Shown here: positions 1-12,490 of the stretch, one piece after another
How the letters are laid out: the number at the start of each line of letters is the position of its first letter
Numbering within the stretch: position 1 is the first letter of the stretch
Assembly: GCA_963816395.1 (NCBI GenBank)
Contig: CAWFKQ010000007.1
Location: 256,001 to 320,000, forward strand
Origin: an uncultured delta proteobacterium
GTDB taxonomy: Bacteria; Desulfobacterota; Desulfuromonadia; Desulfuromonadales; JACZKF01
DNA: 64,000 nucleotides
Direction: 5' to 3'
Program-made: the position numbers and the translations under genes
Notes under the pieces: generated by a model
What the model was told of the DNA's origin: nothing
What the model saw: the letters and a program-made list of their open reading frames with translations, nothing else
The model's database searches: none

Positions 1-218
1 CGGTTCATCCAGGCAGTCGACGGCGCCGTTGTCATAGGCATGCGGGATGAAGTGCCCTTCTGCCAGGTCCAGAGAAAGCGGTCCAGGGTCACCCCCTGAT
101 TGTCGTCGGCGACGGTGACCAGCACCCGTCCTCCGGCCCGGTAGAACTCATCGGCCAGCTCGCACAGATGCTTGGCCTTTTCGGGCTTGCGCAAACGGAT
201 GAATTCAACTTTGGGCAT
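1..218 (-). CDS. holC: DNA polymerase III subunit chi (partial, runs off window; frameshift near 50)
   Basis: Manual translation from ATG at 218: MPKVEFIRLRKPEKAKHLCELADEFYRAGGRVLVTVADDNQGVTLDRFLWTWQKG, then in a shifted frame FIPHAYDNG; LDxxLW..FIPH is the HolC signature. Confidence 0.75.
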   Translation of the reverse strand, partial: MPKVEFIRLRKPEKAKHLCELADEFYRAGGRVLVTVADDNQGVTLDRFLWTWQKGTSSRMPMTTAPSTAWMN

Positions 219-228
219 GGCTAAAGTC

Positions 229-262
229 AGTGAGATAGTGAGATAGTGAGGTAGTGAGATAG
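229..262. repeat. Octamer tandem repeat (AGTGAGAT-like x4)
   Basis: agtgagat agtgagat agtgaggt agtgagat ag. Confidence 0.85.
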
Positions 263-274
263 AAAAATCCAAAC

Positions 275-838
275 CTAAGAAATCCTATCTCCCTGGTTTT
301 CTGCCGCTGCGGCGGTGCCGAGGTCTAGGGCCTTTTCATTCATCGGAATGAAGCGGTGGTTGCGTTCGGGGAGGACGTCCCGCAGAGCCGCCTTGATGCT
401 CTCCAGGGCGACGGCACCGCTCCGCCGGACATAGGCGCCGAGAGCGATCATGTTGAGCAACCGGGCATCCCCGGCCTCCAGGGCCATTTCGTTGAGCGGC
501 AAGCGCAGCAGAGACAGATCGTCGCGCGATGTGCCGTCCGCCTCCACCAGGGAGGAGTTTATCAGGCAGAAGCCGCCGGGGCGCACCCGCTCGAAATACT
601 TCTCCATCGAGAGGGGATTGAAGATCAGGGCAGCTCCGGGTCGGCCGACGACCGGTGACTCCACTTCCCCATCGGTGACAACCACCATGCAGGTGGCCGC
701 CCCACCCCGCTTCTCCACCCCGTAGGCGGGAAAGAAAGAAGCGTTTTTCCCTTCCCGAATCGCCCCATAGGCGAGCAGATTACCGATCAGCAGGACTCCC
801 TGCCCGCCGAATCCGGCCATGAAAACGTCAGAATACAT
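275..838 (-). CDS. 2-oxoacid:ferredoxin oxidoreductase gamma subunit
   Basis: AGFGGQGVL, PAYGVEKRGG, NMIALGA motifs; last gene of the oxidoreductase operon. Confidence 0.9.
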   Translation of the reverse strand: MYSDVFMAGFGGQGVLLIGNLLAYGAIREGKNASFFPAYGVEKRGGAATCMVVVTDGEVESPVVGRPGAALIFNPLSMEKYFERVRPGGFCLINSSLVEADGTSRDDLSLLRLPLNEMALEAGDARLLNMIALGAYVRRSGAVALESIKAALRDVLPERNHRFIPMNEKALDLGTAAAAENQGDRIS

Positions 839-907
839 GCGAACCCCGTGGGTTGGAGGCGTTAGGTTGCTTTAAAGGCGAAAGGCCCTTATCCGCGTCA
901 ATCGTTG

Positions 908-1657
908 CTATCGCCAGTTTTTAAAGGTTCCCAGTTTGAAATATGGGATCATCTCCGTCCCGACCCGCTCGTTCGCCTGCAGGGGGTTCATGCCCCAGTT
1001 GGTGGGGCAGGCGGAGAGGACCTCAACAAAGGAGAACCCTTTGCTTTCCATTTGGCAGCGGAACGCTTCCTCAATGACTTTTCCCGCCTGCAGAACGTTC
1101 TTCGGCGAATTGACCGCCACCCGCGCCGAGAAGGCCGTCCCTTCCAGACCGGCTAGCAACTCGGCCATGCGGATCGGATAGCCGTCCGAGCCGGTGTTGC
1201 GCCCGTAGGGGGAGGTGGTGGTACGCTGCTCCGGCAGGGTGGTCGGAGCCATCTGGCCGCCGGTCATGCCGTAGGTGGTGTTGTTGACGAAGATCACCGT
1301 CATATCCTCACCGCGGTTGGCGGCGTGGATGATCTCGCTGGTGCCGATCGCCGCCAGGTCGCCGTCCCCCTGATAGGTGAAGACGATCCGGTCCGGACGC
1401 ACCCGTTTGACTCCGGTTGCTACTGCCGGCGCCCGTCCGTGCGGCGACTCCACCACGTCGACATCGAAGTAACTGTAAAGAAAGACGCTGCAGCCGACAG
1501 AGGCGACACCGATCGTCCGCTCCTGCACTCCGAATGCATCAAGAGCCCCGGCCACCAGGCGGTGGATGGTGCCGTGGTGACATCCGGGGCAGAAGTGGGT
1601 CTGCACATCGTGCAGGGAAACCGGGCGGCTGAAAACCTTCTCCATCTGGGCGCTCAT
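908..1657 (-). CDS. 2-oxoacid:ferredoxin oxidoreductase beta subunit (TPP-binding)
   Basis: [34 protein letters not shown]; start set at MSAQMEK. Confidence 0.9.
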   Translation of the reverse strand: MSAQMEKVFSRPVSLHDVQTHFCPGCHHGTIHRLVAGALDAFGVQERTIGVASVGCSVFLYSYFDVDVVESPHGRAPAVATGVKRVRPDRIVFTYQGDGDLAAIGTSEIIHAANRGEDMTVIFVNNTTYGMTGGQMAPTTLPEQRTTTSPYGRNTGSDGYPIRMAELLAGLEGTAFSARVAVNSPKNVLQAGKVIEEAFRCQMESKGFSFVEVLSACPTNWGMNPLQANERVGTEMIPYFKLGTFKNWR

Positions 1658-1658
1658 C

Positions 1659-2726
1659 TCAGACCTCACAATGTTTCCGGATCTGCTCGAGAAGCTCTTC
1701 CGGAACCGGCAGGGAGCCGGCACCGGGCGGGCGGCCGTAGAAGTGGACCTCGGCATCCCGGGAAACCGACAGTCGAACATCCTCCACCATCTGACCGGCA
1801 TTGAGTTCGACGCACAGGAGCTTTTTGGCGGCGACCTGCCGGAAGGCGGCCACCGGGAAAGGGAACAGGGTGATCGGCCGCAGCAGCCCCACCTTCAATC
1901 CTTCCTCGCGGGCCAGGCGGACGGCAGTCTTGGCGATACGGGCGGCCGAGCCGAAGGCGGTGACGACCAAATCGGCATTTTCCAGGTGCAGCCCCTCGAA
2001 GCGCCCTTCCCGCTCCGCCAATTGTTTGTATTTGCCGTGCAGCCGCCAGTTATGGGCCTCCAGTTCGCCGTCACCGAGGTAGAGGGATTTCACCACCCTC
2101 TGGCGATCCCGCCCCTCCTTGCCAGCGACCGCCCACTCCTGGGCCGGCAGATCGGCCGGCCGGGTATAGGGGTGGGGAGAAAGCGCCTCCTTCATCTGGC
2201 CGATCACCGCGTCGGCGAGAATCATCGCCGGCAGGCGATAGCGATCCGACAGGTCAAAGGCGAGAACGGTCAGATCGTACATCTCCTGTATCGAGTGGGG
2301 AGCCAGCACGAGAATATGGTAGCCACCATGCCCTCCCCCTTTGACGGCCTGAAAGTAATCGGCCTGGGAAGCGTCGATGCCGCCCAGGCCGGGGCCGGAA
2401 CGGGAGATGTTGACGATCAGCCCGGGCAACTCGCTGCCGGCCATGTAGGAGATCCCCTCCTGTTTCAGGGAAATGCCGGGGCTGGAGGAAGACGTCATGG
2501 CCCGGGCGCCGCAGGCGCTGGCACCGAGCAGCATGTTGATGGAGGCTATCTCGCTTTCCGCCTGGATGAAGACGCCGCCAAGCTTCGGCAGTTCGCGGGC
2601 CATGTATTCCGGTATATCGCTCTGGGGAGTGATCGGATAGCCGAAGTAATAGCGGCAGCCGGCGGCAAGCGCACCCATGGCCACCGCCTCGTTCCCCTTG
2701 ACGAAAAGTCGACGCGCTTCGCTCAT
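1659..2726 (-). CDS. vorB: 2-oxoacid (2-ketoisovalerate-type) ferredoxin oxidoreductase alpha subunit
   Basis: [30 protein letters not shown] motifs; start MSEARRL overlaps the ferredoxin stop. Confidence 0.85.
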   Translation of the reverse strand: MSEARRLFVKGNEAVAMGALAAGCRYYFGYPITPQSDIPEYMARELPKLGGVFIQAESEIASINMLLGASACGARAMTSSSSPGISLKQEGISYMAGSELPGLIVNISRSGPGLGGIDASQADYFQAVKGGGHGGYHILVLAPHSIQEMYDLTVLAFDLSDRYRLPAMILADAVIGQMKEALSPHPYTRPADLPAQEWAVAGKEGRDRQRVVKSLYLGDGELEAHNWRLHGKYKQLAEREGRFEGLHLENADLVVTAFGSAARIAKTAVRLAREEGLKVGLLRPITLFPFPVAAFRQVAAKKLLCVELNAGQMVEDVRLSVSRDAEVHFYGRPPGAGSLPVPEELLEQIRKHCEV

Positions 2727-2956
2727 TGCCCTCCCCCCTCTTTGCGCTCGCGGAAAACGGTAATCGCCACCTCGGGGCACATCTGTGCGCAGAGAGTGCA
2801 GGAGGAGCACCTTTGCAGATCCTCGGCGGTAATGCGGGCGGGCAGGAAGCCCTGCCGGTTGAACCTGTCGCTGAGAGCGATCAGGCTGCGGGGACAGGCG
2901 ATCGTGCAGAGCGCACATCCCTTGCAACGGGACTCATCGATAACGATCCGGGGCAC
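2723..2956 (-). CDS. 2x[4Fe-4S] ferredoxin, oxidoreductase delta subunit
   Basis: CKGCALCTIACP and CSSCTLCAQMCP. Confidence 0.9.
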   Translation of the reverse strand: MPRIVIDESRCKGCALCTIACPRSLIALSDRFNRQGFLPARITAEDLQRCSSCTLCAQMCPEVAITVFRERKEGGGQ

Positions 2957-3153
2957 TGGCGACGGTTTCCTTTCCGCGAATTGGAAAAAATGAAATGGGG
3001 TGATGGAATCTAGCAGATGGGCGCTGGCCGAGTCAACCCAAAACGCACCGGCGATAGAATCGGGAAAACCTGCCTAAGCCATCGATCTTAATTAGGTTTT
3101 TCGACAGCATCCGGCTTTCCGACGAGCCCCCATCCGGCGCCATCGGCAGGGAC

Positions 3154-4364
3154 TCAGCCTTCCCCCCGGATGAACTGCCGCATCAGCAGATAGCCGGGAT
3201 CGACCATCACCGCGCTGGCGGCGGCTTCCTTTTCACTGTATCCGGAGGCCAGCCGCGCGGCGGGGAATTCCCCCCTCGAGCCGTAGAGAACGAAAGGGAC
3301 CGCGCCAAGCGTGTGGGTCTGCCGGCGCACCGGCGTCGGGTGATCGGGCAGGACCAGAACCCGGTGGTCACCCATTTCCGGCAGGCCATCGAGAACCGTC
3401 CCGACCACCAGTGCATCGAAATCCTCGATGGCCCGGATCTTGTCTTCCAGACTGCCGGCATGCGCCGCCTCGTCCGGAGCCTCTACATGCAGGTAGACAA
3501 AATCGCGGGTCTTCAGTGCTTCCAGCGCATACTCGGCCTTGCCACGGTAATCCGTATCGATGTAGCCGGTGGCGCCGGGGACGTTGATCACATCCAATCC
3601 CGCATAGATGCCGATCCCCTTGATCAGATCGACGGCGGAGATGACTGCCCCGGTAATGCCGAACATTTCTCGATAGGTAGGCATCTTCGGAGCCCGTCCG
3701 TGTCCCCACAGCCAGATGGAATTGGCCGTGGCTTGCCCCGCCTTTTCGCGCTGCGCGTTGATCGGATGATGGTGCAGCAGAATCTGGGCCGAGGTTATCA
3801 GGCGAATCAAATCCTCCGCCCCCTCCCCTTGCGGCAGGTGCTCCTCCACGCTCTGCATCGTCAGATCATGCGGCGGGGTGAAGCGCAGCCGGTCCTTCCC
3901 CCCCGCCAGACCATCAGATGGCGGTAGGAAACCCCCGGGTAGAAGTTGAATTCACCGCCACCCAGCTCTTCATTCAGGGCGAGGATCAGTTCCCGGGCTT
4001 GATCGGTAGGGATGTGGCCGGCGGAAAAATCGGCCATGTAGAGCTTCCCGCCATGCGGCAGCAGTTGTACCAGGTTCAGGCGGAAAGCGACATCCTCGGG
4101 GCGGAGTTCGACCCCCATGCTGGCCGCCTCCAGAGGTGAGCGGCCGCTGTAGCAGGTCGCGGGATCGAATCCGAACACCGACAGGTTGGCGACGTCACTC
4201 CCAGGGTGGAACCCCTTGGGGACGGTCTCCACCAGACCAAGCCGGCCGCGCCGGGCCAGCTCATCCATGCGCGGGGTATTCGCCTGCTCCAGCGGCGTTT
4301 TGCCGTCCAATTCCTCAAGCGGCTCATCGGCCATGCCGTCGCCAAGAAGGACGATGTATTTCAT
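3154..4364 (-). CDS. apgM: Cofactor-independent phosphoglycerate mutase, ApgM type (frameshift ~3860-3900)
   Basis: LGDGMADEP..GKTPL..PGSDVANL in ORF 3861-4364; HVEAPDEAAH and PDHPTP in ORF 3154-3858. Confidence 0.85.
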
Positions 4365-4375
4365 AATCTCTCCAA

Positions 4376-4461
4376 GGGAAATAGGAAGTAGGGAGGGAGG
4401 GAGTAGAAACCAGCATACAGGTTTTTTCTATTTCCCTATCTCACTATCTCCCTACCTCACT
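4376..4461. repeat. Inverted octamer arrays (AG[GT]GAGAT family)
   Basis: Purine arm agggaaat aggaagt agggaggg agggagt; pyrimidine arm ttccctat ctcactat ctccctac ctcact. Confidence 0.7.
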
Positions 4462-4466
4462 GATCC

Positions 4467-5352
4467 TCACCCGCGTGGGTGGAACTGCTCATGGATCTTC
4501 TTCAGCCGCTCGCGGGTGACATGGGTATAGATCTGGGTGGTGGAAATATCCGCATGCCCGAGCATGGTCTGCACGGAACGCAGGTCGGCACCGTTCTCCA
4601 GAAGATGGGTGGCGAAGGAATGCCGAAGTGTATGTGGGCTGATTTTCTTGTGAATTCCGGCCTCCAGGGCGCGGCGTTTAATAATCTTCCAGAACCCCTG
4701 GCGTGTCAACCCTTTCCCACCCCGGTTGAGGAAGAGAATGCGGCTCCCCACCTTGTCCAGGAAAGGGCGGCCGAGCCCGAGATAGCGCCGGAGTTCCGCC
4801 AGGGCCGATTCCCCCAGGGGGACGATGCGCTGCTTGCTGCGTTTGCCGAAAGCGGTCAGATAACCGACGTCCAGTTGCAGATCGCCAAGCTTCAGACCGA
4901 CCAGTTCGGAGACCCGCAGGCCGGTAGCGTAGAGAAGTTCGAGCATGGCCCGGTCGCGCAGATTGAGGGCCTCGTCCCCGACCGGCGCCGCCAGCAGCCG
5001 ATCGACTTCGACCATCGACAGGGTATGGGGAAGGGGGTTCAGGCTTTTGGGCGCCTCCACCCGGGTCGTCGGATTGCCGGCTGGCAATCCCCTCGGTCAG
5101 CAGAAACCGATGAAAAGTGCGCACCGCCACCAGGGCTCGGGCCCGGCTGCGCGCCCCCAGTCCGCTCTCCTTAAGAAGGGAGAGAAAGCGCAGGATGTGA
5201 GCCGGGGCAACGGCATCGGGGTGGGAAACCTGCTCTTTTTCCAGAAAGTCCAGGTAACGGACGAGATCGTGGCCGTAGGCCTCAAGGGTATTGCGGGCCA
5301 GGCCGCGCTCGACGGTGAGGTAGTGAAAAAACAGATCGAAATATTGATTCAT
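4467..5352 (-). CDS. xerD: Tyrosine recombinase XerD (frameshift ~5090)
   Basis: N-term ERGLARNTLEAYGHDL; C-term LYATGLRVSEL, HTLRHSFATHLL, LGHADISTTQIYTH. Confidence 0.88.
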
Positions 5353-5396
5353 AAGCTCTGCGGGGGCAGCGGCCGGAGCCGCCCCGTGCCTCCTCG

Positions 5397-8093
5397 CTAC
5401 TCCTCGTCCATGCACTCGAGCAGTTGACGTTCAACCTCCTCGATCTTCTCCGGAGCGGTGACCTTATGGCCGAAAATATCCTGGATGTAGAAGGTGTCCG
5501 CCACCTGATCGACCTTGGTGGAAATCTTCGAGACGCCGATATACAACCCCAGCTCCTTGAGGGTTTTGGTGATTTGATAGAGTAGGCCGATCCGGTCATG
5601 GGCGAAAATATCGATAACCGTGTATTCATCGGAGACTTCGTTGTCGATCTCCACCTTATTCGGGAAACGGGGGCGCGGCTGCGCCGGCAACAGACTGGAG
5701 CGGTGCCGTTTCTTCACCAGTTCCGCCACCCGCACCCGCCCCTCGATGACCGAGGTCAGATCCTCCTCCACCTGCCGCCATTTCGCCGGGTCGGCGATGA
5801 TCTCGCCGCCTGGGCTGCGTACCTGCAGGACATCGAGCGCCACGCCGTTGTTCATAGTGGAAATCTGAGCGCCGAGGATATTGATGCCGTTGCCGGCCAT
5901 CACCCCGGTTATTTTTGAGAAGAGCCCAGGGATATCGAGGGTAGCGATGATGAGATTGGAATATTCCGCCTGCGGTGCGTGCTCCACTTTCATGACCAGC
6001 GGCCGGTCCTTGAGGGCCAGGACCACCCGGATGTGCGCGGCGATCTCCCGCGAGCGGTGCGACAGGAGATAGCGCGTACTCATCTGTCGCAGGACCTCCT
6101 TGATCACCTTGCCACCGAACTCCTCCTCGAGCAGACCGACTACCTTGCGCTTGCGGTTGCGTACCTTTTCCGAGCGCTTCTCCATCTGGAAATTGCCCCT
6201 CTCCAGAATTTCGTAGGCCTTCTCATACAACTCCTGCAACAGCAGGCCCTTCCATTCCGACCAGACATCGGGGCCGACCGCCTTGATATCGGCGAAGGTG
6301 AGCAGGTAAAGCATCTTAAGGTTTTCACTCATCCCCATTCGGCGGGCGAACTGGATAATCATCTTGTCATCGTGCAGATCCCGGCGCTGGGAGATATGGG
6401 CCATTTGCAGGTGGTTGCGGACGAGAAACTCCAGCCGTTCGCTGTCCTCCCGGTTGAGGCCGAGGCGCCGGGCGATGGTCGGGATCATATCCGCCCCTTT
6501 GTTGCAGTGGTCCTTCCCCTCTCCCTTGCCGATATCGTGGAAGAGGACCGACAGCAGCAGCAGTTCGCGCTTCTCCACATCATTGGCTACCTGGGTAAGC
6601 AACGGTTTTTTATCAAAATAATCGCCGCGCCAGAGCTTGACGATCTCTTCGACGGCAAAGATGGAATGCACATCGACGGTGTAGATGTGGTAGGCGTCGT
6701 GCTGGACCTTGCAGTAGATGCGGCCGAATTCCGGAATGAAGTGGTTGAGGAACTGCAGATGGTGCATGTCTCTGAGGGTCTCGGCAACCCGCTGCGGTCC
6801 GCGCAGTATCTCCAGAAAACCTTCGCTCATGGTCCGCGACCGCCGCACCCGGTCGTTGATACGGTGCAGGTTGTCCCGGATCATCTTCTTCACCGTCAGA
6901 CTCAGTTTGACATCGTGACGCTGGGCGAGCAGAAAGGCTTTCATCATCAGTGCCGGATCCGCTGCGAACAGATCCTCCCGGGTAGCGCGCAACTCGCCGC
7001 GCAGGATATAAAAACCCTCATCCACCGTACGCCGGGTGAGATAGCCGAGGATACGGAAGGTCGGCTCCTCCTGCTGCGTCGCCCGGGTGATCAGGGAAGC
7101 GGCGAGATGTTCCACGCGGGTGGCATGCGAGTAGTAGTCCTGCATGAACTGCTCGACCGCCAAGGCTCGCCGGTTATCCTGATAGCCGAGGAAAAGGGCG
7201 ATCTTCTCCTGCTGGTCGAAATGGATCTGGTCGTTTTTGCGGCCGGAGAGATAGTGCAGTTCGTTGCGGATGCGCCAGAGATGGTCGAAGGCAGCCTCGA
7301 AATCCTGTCCTTCCCGCTCGGTCAGCACCCCCTTGATGATCAACTCGCGCAGGGCGCGCGCCTTGAACTTGACCATGGCGATCCACAAGGCGGTATGCAG
7401 GTCGCGCAGTCCCCCTTCCCCCTCCTTGATGTTCGGCTCCAGCAGATAGACGGAAGAGCCGTATTTGCGCAGCCGGCGGGTGTTCTCTTCCAATTTATCG
7501 CGGATAAACCCCTGGCTGTTCTTTCCCAGCACCGTTTCCATGACCAGGCGGCTGTAATCCTGGTAGTTGGCCTCATCCCCTACCAGGTAGCGGGAGTCGA
7601 GGAGGGCGGTGCGGGCGGTGATGTCCCGCTCGGCCATCTCCAGGCAGTCGCGGGCGGTGCGTACGCTGTAGCCGACCTCCAGACCAATGTCCCACATCAG
7701 ATAGAGGATCCGCTCGGCGACCTGCTCGGCGAACCTTTTATCCTTGCCGCTGTAGTAGAACATCAGGTCGATGTCGGAGCGGGGGTTGAGCTCGGCGCGC
7801 CCGTAGCCCCCCAGGGCGATGAGGGTACAGGGGCTGCCCCCGCGAGGCAGATCGGTAGAGGCGCTGCGGTACAGGTTGCGGATCAAGGTGTCGGCGAGAG
7901 AAGTAAGACTACCGACGATCAGCCGGCCGCTTTCTCCGGACCGATGTCGATCGCGGATCAGCTGCTGGTGGTGCGCCAGGTAGGCACGGGAAGCCTCCAC
8001 CAGCATTTTCTGCCTTTGGGCATACGGGATGGCCGGATCGAGAACCTGCCGGGAGAAGAAGGATTCATTCTTTTCGGAGCTGTTTATCTTCAT
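5397..8093 (-). CDS. glnD: [protein-PII] uridylyltransferase
   Basis: ALGGYGRAELNPRSDIDL, EPNIKEGEGGLRD, HD domain, two ACT domains; 898 aa. Confidence 0.95.
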   Translation of the reverse strand: MKINSSEKNESFFSRQVLDPAIPYAQRQKMLVEASRAYLAHHQQLIRDRHRSGESGRLIVGSLTSLADTLIRNLYRSASTDLPRGGSPCTLIALGGYGRAELNPRSDIDLMFYYSGKDKRFAEQVAERILYLMWDIGLEVGYSVRTARDCLEMAERDITARTALLDSRYLVGDEANYQDYSRLVMETVLGKNSQGFIRDKLEENTRRLRKYGSSVYLLEPNIKEGEGGLRDLHTALWIAMVKFKARALRELIIKGVLTEREGQDFEAAFDHLWRIRNELHYLSGRKNDQIHFDQQEKIALFLGYQDNRRALAVEQFMQDYYSHATRVEHLAASLITRATQQEEPTFRILGYLTRRTVDEGFYILRGELRATREDLFAADPALMMKAFLLAQRHDVKLSLTVKKMIRDNLHRINDRVRRSRTMSEGFLEILRGPQRVAETLRDMHHLQFLNHFIPEFGRIYCKVQHDAYHIYTVDVHSIFAVEEIVKLWRGDYFDKKPLLTQVANDVEKRELLLLSVLFHDIGKGEGKDHCNKGADMIPTIARRLGLNREDSERLEFLVRNHLQMAHISQRRDLHDDKMIIQFARRMGMSENLKMLYLLTFADIKAVGPDVWSEWKGLLLQELYEKAYEILERGNFQMEKRSEKVRNRKRKVVGLLEEEFGGKVIKEVLRQMSTRYLLSHRSREIAAHIRVVLALKDRPLVMKVEHAPQAEYSNLIIATLDIPGLFSKITGVMAGNGINILGAQISTMNNGVALDVLQVRSPGGEIIADPAKWRQVEEDLTSVIEGRVRVAELVKKRHRSSLLPAQPRPRFPNKVEIDNEVSDEYTVIDIFAHDRIGLLYQITKTLKELGLYIGVSKISTKVDQVADTFYIQDIFGHKVTAPEKIEEVERQLLECMDEE

Positions 8094-9775
8094 TGGGAAG
8101 CGATCACGCGCAAAGAGTCTGCATACTCCTTGACGGCGCGGACAATCGCCGTCGCAGCTTTCTTATGATACCTCGGATCGGTCAGCCGCGATTCTTCGCG
8201 AGGATTACTGATGAAGGCGGTCTCCACCAGCACCGAAGGCATGGTGGCGCCGAGCAGAACGTAAAAAGGCCCTTGCCGCACCCCCAAATCACGCACCTGT
8301 TTGTATTGGCTCCCGAGCACATTAATCAGTGAGTGCTGGATTGTCGCCGCCAGGCGGCTCGATTCGTTGATCTTGCTGTTGGCCATCAGATCGAACAGAA
8401 TCAGTTCCAGGTCGCCGACCTGTTTGAGGGAAGTGCCGTTTTCCCGGGCCGCAACGGCCGCCGCTTTGTCGTTTTTGGAGAAATTGAGGTAATAGGTCTC
8501 GATGCCGTAAGCATCCCGGCTGGGAGCGGCGTTGGCATGGATGGAAATGAACAGGTCAGCTCCCACCCGATTGGCAATAGCGGTGCGCTCCTCCAGGGGA
8601 AGAAAGACGTCTCCGCTACGGGTAAGAATCACGTCGCAGCCGATTTCCGCCCGGAGTTCCCGGGCCAGAACCTTGGCGATAGCCAGGGTGACATCCTTCT
8701 CCATCACCCCCGAAAAGCCTATCGCCCCCGGATCCTTGCCGCCATGGCCGGCATCGACCACAATTCGCCGCAGGACATTGGCCGTTCTGGCCGGCGGGAT
8801 CTGCACCTTCAGCGGCCGGTCTTCCGGCGTCCTCTCCAGGATGCGGCCGATTGCATCCTTTTCCGCCGGCGGCAGGGCGGAGAGCTTTGGCTGGTCCGCA
8901 GTCAGCTCGCTGGGCCGGTCGCCGGTGACGTCGAGAACGATGCGCACCGGGTCTTCCAGGGGAAAGACCTTATAATCCTTGATGCTGACCATGTCGAGCA
9001 CCACCCGGACGGTTTGGCCGTCCGGCTGCCCGGTACGGATCTGCCGCAGCAGGCCATCCCGGACCTGGGTTGCCTCGGCGAGACCGCTCGCCGGTACCGT
9101 TCCCTGCAGATCGACGTAAAGGCGCGGCACGTTTTTTTTGCCGGGGTCGCCAGCGAGGAAATTTGCCGTGAAGTCGGCAGGTCCCGAAAGGTCGAGAACC
9201 ACCCGGGTGTAGCCGGGGTTGGACCAGAAGCGGATACCGGTCAGCTGCGCACCGGACACCGCCGGTGCGTAGCGGGTCAACTCCGCCGCCTTGCGGCGGG
9301 CGAGAGCCGCCATATCCCCCGAGGCATGCCGGTCCGCCGCCTTCCGATAGCGAAGGTAGGCCTGGCCGGGATCATGGAGGATTTCTTCTTCGATGCCGGC
9401 AGCCAGAACCAGGGCATCATCGGCGAGAGAGGAGGCGGGATATTTTTCCGCCAGAGTATCGAAATACCCGAGGGCCTGCTCCGCATCGTCGGGTCGCCGG
9501 GAAACCTGATAGAGGTCCCGGCAGGCTTTTCCGGCCATGAACAGGCCGGCAGCGGCCCGTAAATGACCTGGATGCGTCTTGGTAACGGCCAGGAACCGGT
9601 CGATGACCCGGGTCCAGTTCCGGCGATAAAGCTTCTCGCGGGAAGACGCGGCCAGTCGGCGGTAGCTTTCTTTCGCCCGCTGGTAGTCGCGTTCGGTCTG
9701 GTCGGCGGTAGCCGCCGACGGCAGCACCAGAAGCACCAGCAGAAAAATCAGGAGCGGTCTCGCCAGAAATTTCAT
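8090..9775 (-). CDS. N-acetylmuramoyl-L-alanine amidase (TPR/AMIN + Amidase_3)
   Basis: Signal peptide; [31 protein letters not shown]. Confidence 0.9.
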   Translation of the reverse strand: MKFLARPLLIFLLVLLVLPSAATADQTERDYQRAKESYRRLAASSREKLYRRNWTRVIDRFLAVTKTHPGHLRAAAGLFMAGKACRDLYQVSRRPDDAEQALGYFDTLAEKYPASSLADDALVLAAGIEEEILHDPGQAYLRYRKAADRHASGDMAALARRKAAELTRYAPAVSGAQLTGIRFWSNPGYTRVVLDLSGPADFTANFLAGDPGKKNVPRLYVDLQGTVPASGLAEATQVRDGLLRQIRTGQPDGQTVRVVLDMVSIKDYKVFPLEDPVRIVLDVTGDRPSELTADQPKLSALPPAEKDAIGRILERTPEDRPLKVQIPPARTANVLRRIVVDAGHGGKDPGAIGFSGVMEKDVTLAIAKVLARELRAEIGCDVILTRSGDVFLPLEERTAIANRVGADLFISIHANAAPSRDAYGIETYYLNFSKNDKAAAVAARENGTSLKQVGDLELILFDLMANSKINESSRLAATIQHSLINVLGSQYKQVRDLGVRQGPFYVLLGATMPSVLVETAFISNPREESRLTDPRYHKKAATAIVRAVKEYADSLRVIASQ

Positions 9776-12388
9776 TGCTGCACCATCTGAATCAGTTCAT
9801 TCAACAGATTGAGGGCCTCGAGGGGCGTAACACGGTTGGCGTCGATGCACCGCAGACGGTCCCGCAGGACATCGTTTTCGACAGCGAACAGAGATAATTG
9901 CGGCAAAGGCTGCCGAGTGGTCCGGCGGCTGCGGGCGAGCCGCGGCTCCCCCTGTCGCTCGAATTCCCCCGATTCCAGGTTCCTGAGAACCTCCCGCGCC
10001 CGCTCAATCACCGTCTCCGGCAGCCCGGCCAGGCGCGCCACCTGGATGCCGTAGGAATGACTTGCCCCACCCTTGATGATGCGGCGGAGGAAAATGATCT
10101 GGTCGTTCCATTCCTTGACGGCGACGTTGTAATTTTTAACCCGCTCGCGCGTCAGGGCCAGATCGGTCAGCTCGTGGTAATGGGTGGCAAAGAGCGTTTT
10201 CGCCGCAACCGCTGCCTGGTCGTGCAGATATTCGGCGACCGCCCAGGCGATGCTGATGCCGTCGAAAGTGGAGGTGCCGCGGCCGATCTCATCGAGAACG
10301 ATCAGGCTGCGGGGGGTGGCATGGTGCAGGATGTGCGCCGTTTCGGTCATCTCCACCATAAAGGTGGACTGGCCGCGGGCCAGGTTATCGCTCGCCCCGA
10401 CCCGGGTAAAGATGCGGTCGACCACCCCGATGCGGGCCGAGCGGGCCGGCACCAGACTCCCCATCTGGGCCATCAGGACGATCAGGGCGACCTGGCGCAT
10501 GAAGGTCGATTTACCGGCCATGTTCGGCCCGGTGATGATGAGAATCTGGTTCTCCCGCGTATCCATCACCACGTCGTTGGGGACGAACGGCTCGCCCAGG
10601 GACATCGCCTCGATCACCGGATGCCGCCCCTCGATGATCGCCAGTTCGCCGCCGTCGTCGATCTCCGGCACCACATAGCCGCGCTCGTGCGCCAGTTCGG
10701 CGAGGGCGAGCAGGACATCGAGCTGCGCCAGGGCGCCGGCGGTCTGCTGGATCCGCCCCCCTTGCTGCGCCGTCTGCTGGCGGACCTGCTGGAAGAGATC
10801 GTACTCGATCTCCACCATCTTCTCCTCGGCCCCCAGGACCTTCTCCTCGTATTCCTTCAGCGAGGGGGTGATGTAGCGCTCGGCATTGGCCAGGGTCTGC
10901 TTGCGCTGGTAATCCTCAGGCACCCGGTCGAGCTGGCTGCGGGTAATCTCGATGTAATAGCCGAAAACCCGATTGAAGCGGATCTTGAGATTGGTGATCC
11001 CGGTGCGCTCCCGTTCCTGCCGCTCCAGTCGGGCGATCCACCCCTTCCCTTCGCGGCTGATGGCGCGCAGCTCATCCAGTGCCGGATCATAGCCGTCGCG
11101 GATCAGACCTCCCTCGCGCAGCACGAAAGGCGGCTCATCGACAATCGCTCGCGGCGATCAGCGCGACGACATCCGGCAGGGGATCGAGATTCTGGCGCAG
11201 ATCCGCCAGCAGCGGCGCCGCCAGCGCTTCCAGGGCGCTCAGCAGCGGCGGCAGCTGCTGCAGCGAATGCCGCAATGCGGCGAGGTCCTTGGCATTGGCG
11301 CTGGCCATGGAAATTTTGCCGTTCAGCCGCTCAAGATCGTAGACCCCGTCGAGGCACTCCCGCAACTCGGCCCGCAGCAGGCTCTCCTCCACCAGCTCGG
11401 CAACCGCCCGATGGCGCTGCCGGATTTCCTCCACATTGATCAGGGGCTGATGAATCCACTGGCGGAGCTTGCGGCCCCCCATGGCGGTCACCGTCCGGTC
11501 GAGCACCCCGAGAAGGGAGCCGCGCCGACTGCCGTCGTGCAGAGTGGCGGTAAGCTCCAGGTGCCGCCGGGTCGTCTCATCCAGCACCATGAAATCCTGG
11601 CTGAAGCAGGTCCGCAGGGAGCGGATGTGATTGAGTGCCCCTTTCTGCGTCTCCCCCAGGTAATGGATAATGGCGCCGGCGGCGGCCACCGCTCCGGGGA
11701 GTCCGGCGCAGCCGAAAGCCTCCAGGGAGGCGCAGGCGAAGAAATCGAGCAGTCGCCGCTCCGCCCGCTCGGGATCGCAGGCTTCCTCCGGCAGCATGTT
11801 GAGCATCCGGCCGGCGAGGACACCGGCCAGCGCCTGGCGCAGAGATTCCCCTTCCTGCCCTTCCGGCAGCAGTACCTCGCGGGGATTCAGGGAAGCCACT
11901 TCACTGCGTATCCCTTCCGGGTCGGTGCATTCGGTCACCCGGAATTCGCCAGTGGTGATGTCCAATCCGGCCACCCCCCAGCGCCCGCCGCCGCTGGCCA
12001 GGGCCAACAGGTAATTATTCTCTTTCGGCTGCAGGGTGTCGGTATCGACCACCAGCCCGGGGGTGACCACGCGCACCACCTCCCGCCGGACAATCCCTTT
12101 GGCCGTCTTGGGATCCTCAACCTGCTCGCAGATGGCGACCTTGTAGCCGTTTTCCACCAGACGGGAGATATACGGCTGGCAGCTGTGGAAGGGGATGCCG
12201 CACAGGGGGACCTCCTCAGCGGCTCCCTTGTTGCGGGAGGTCAGGGTAATATCCAGCACCCGGGAGGCGGTGACAGCGTCCTCCATGAACATTTCATAGA
12301 AATCACCGAGGCGAAAAAAAAGAATAGCGTCAGGAAACTGGGATTTGATCTCCAGATACTGGCGCATCATCGGGGTTGCGAAGGCCAT
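9772..12388 (-). CDS. mutS: DNA mismatch repair protein MutS (frameshift ~11130-11145)
   Basis: [17 protein letters not shown] in ORF 11135-12388; [29 protein letters not shown] in ORF 9772-11124. Confidence 0.93.
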
Positions 12389-12490
12389 TCCGTGCAGTAC
12401 CTTTTATGCGCAGCAATGAAACAGGAATTCGGCAGGCGCCGACAACGGGTGTTATGTTTAGTTCCCACCCCCCCCGGGTGGGTGCTGGCC

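Noticed and set aside
5979..8168. Long antisense ORFs (also 1671-2993, 9898-11439, 24142-25665, 45516-46997)
   Set aside because: Shadows of well-supported genes on the opposite strand, expected at high GC; no motifs.
4467..12388. Programmed frameshifting or true pseudogenes in xerD and mutS
   Set aside because: No slippery heptamer with stimulator recognised, and indels are spread across many unrelated genes; sequencing error is simpler.
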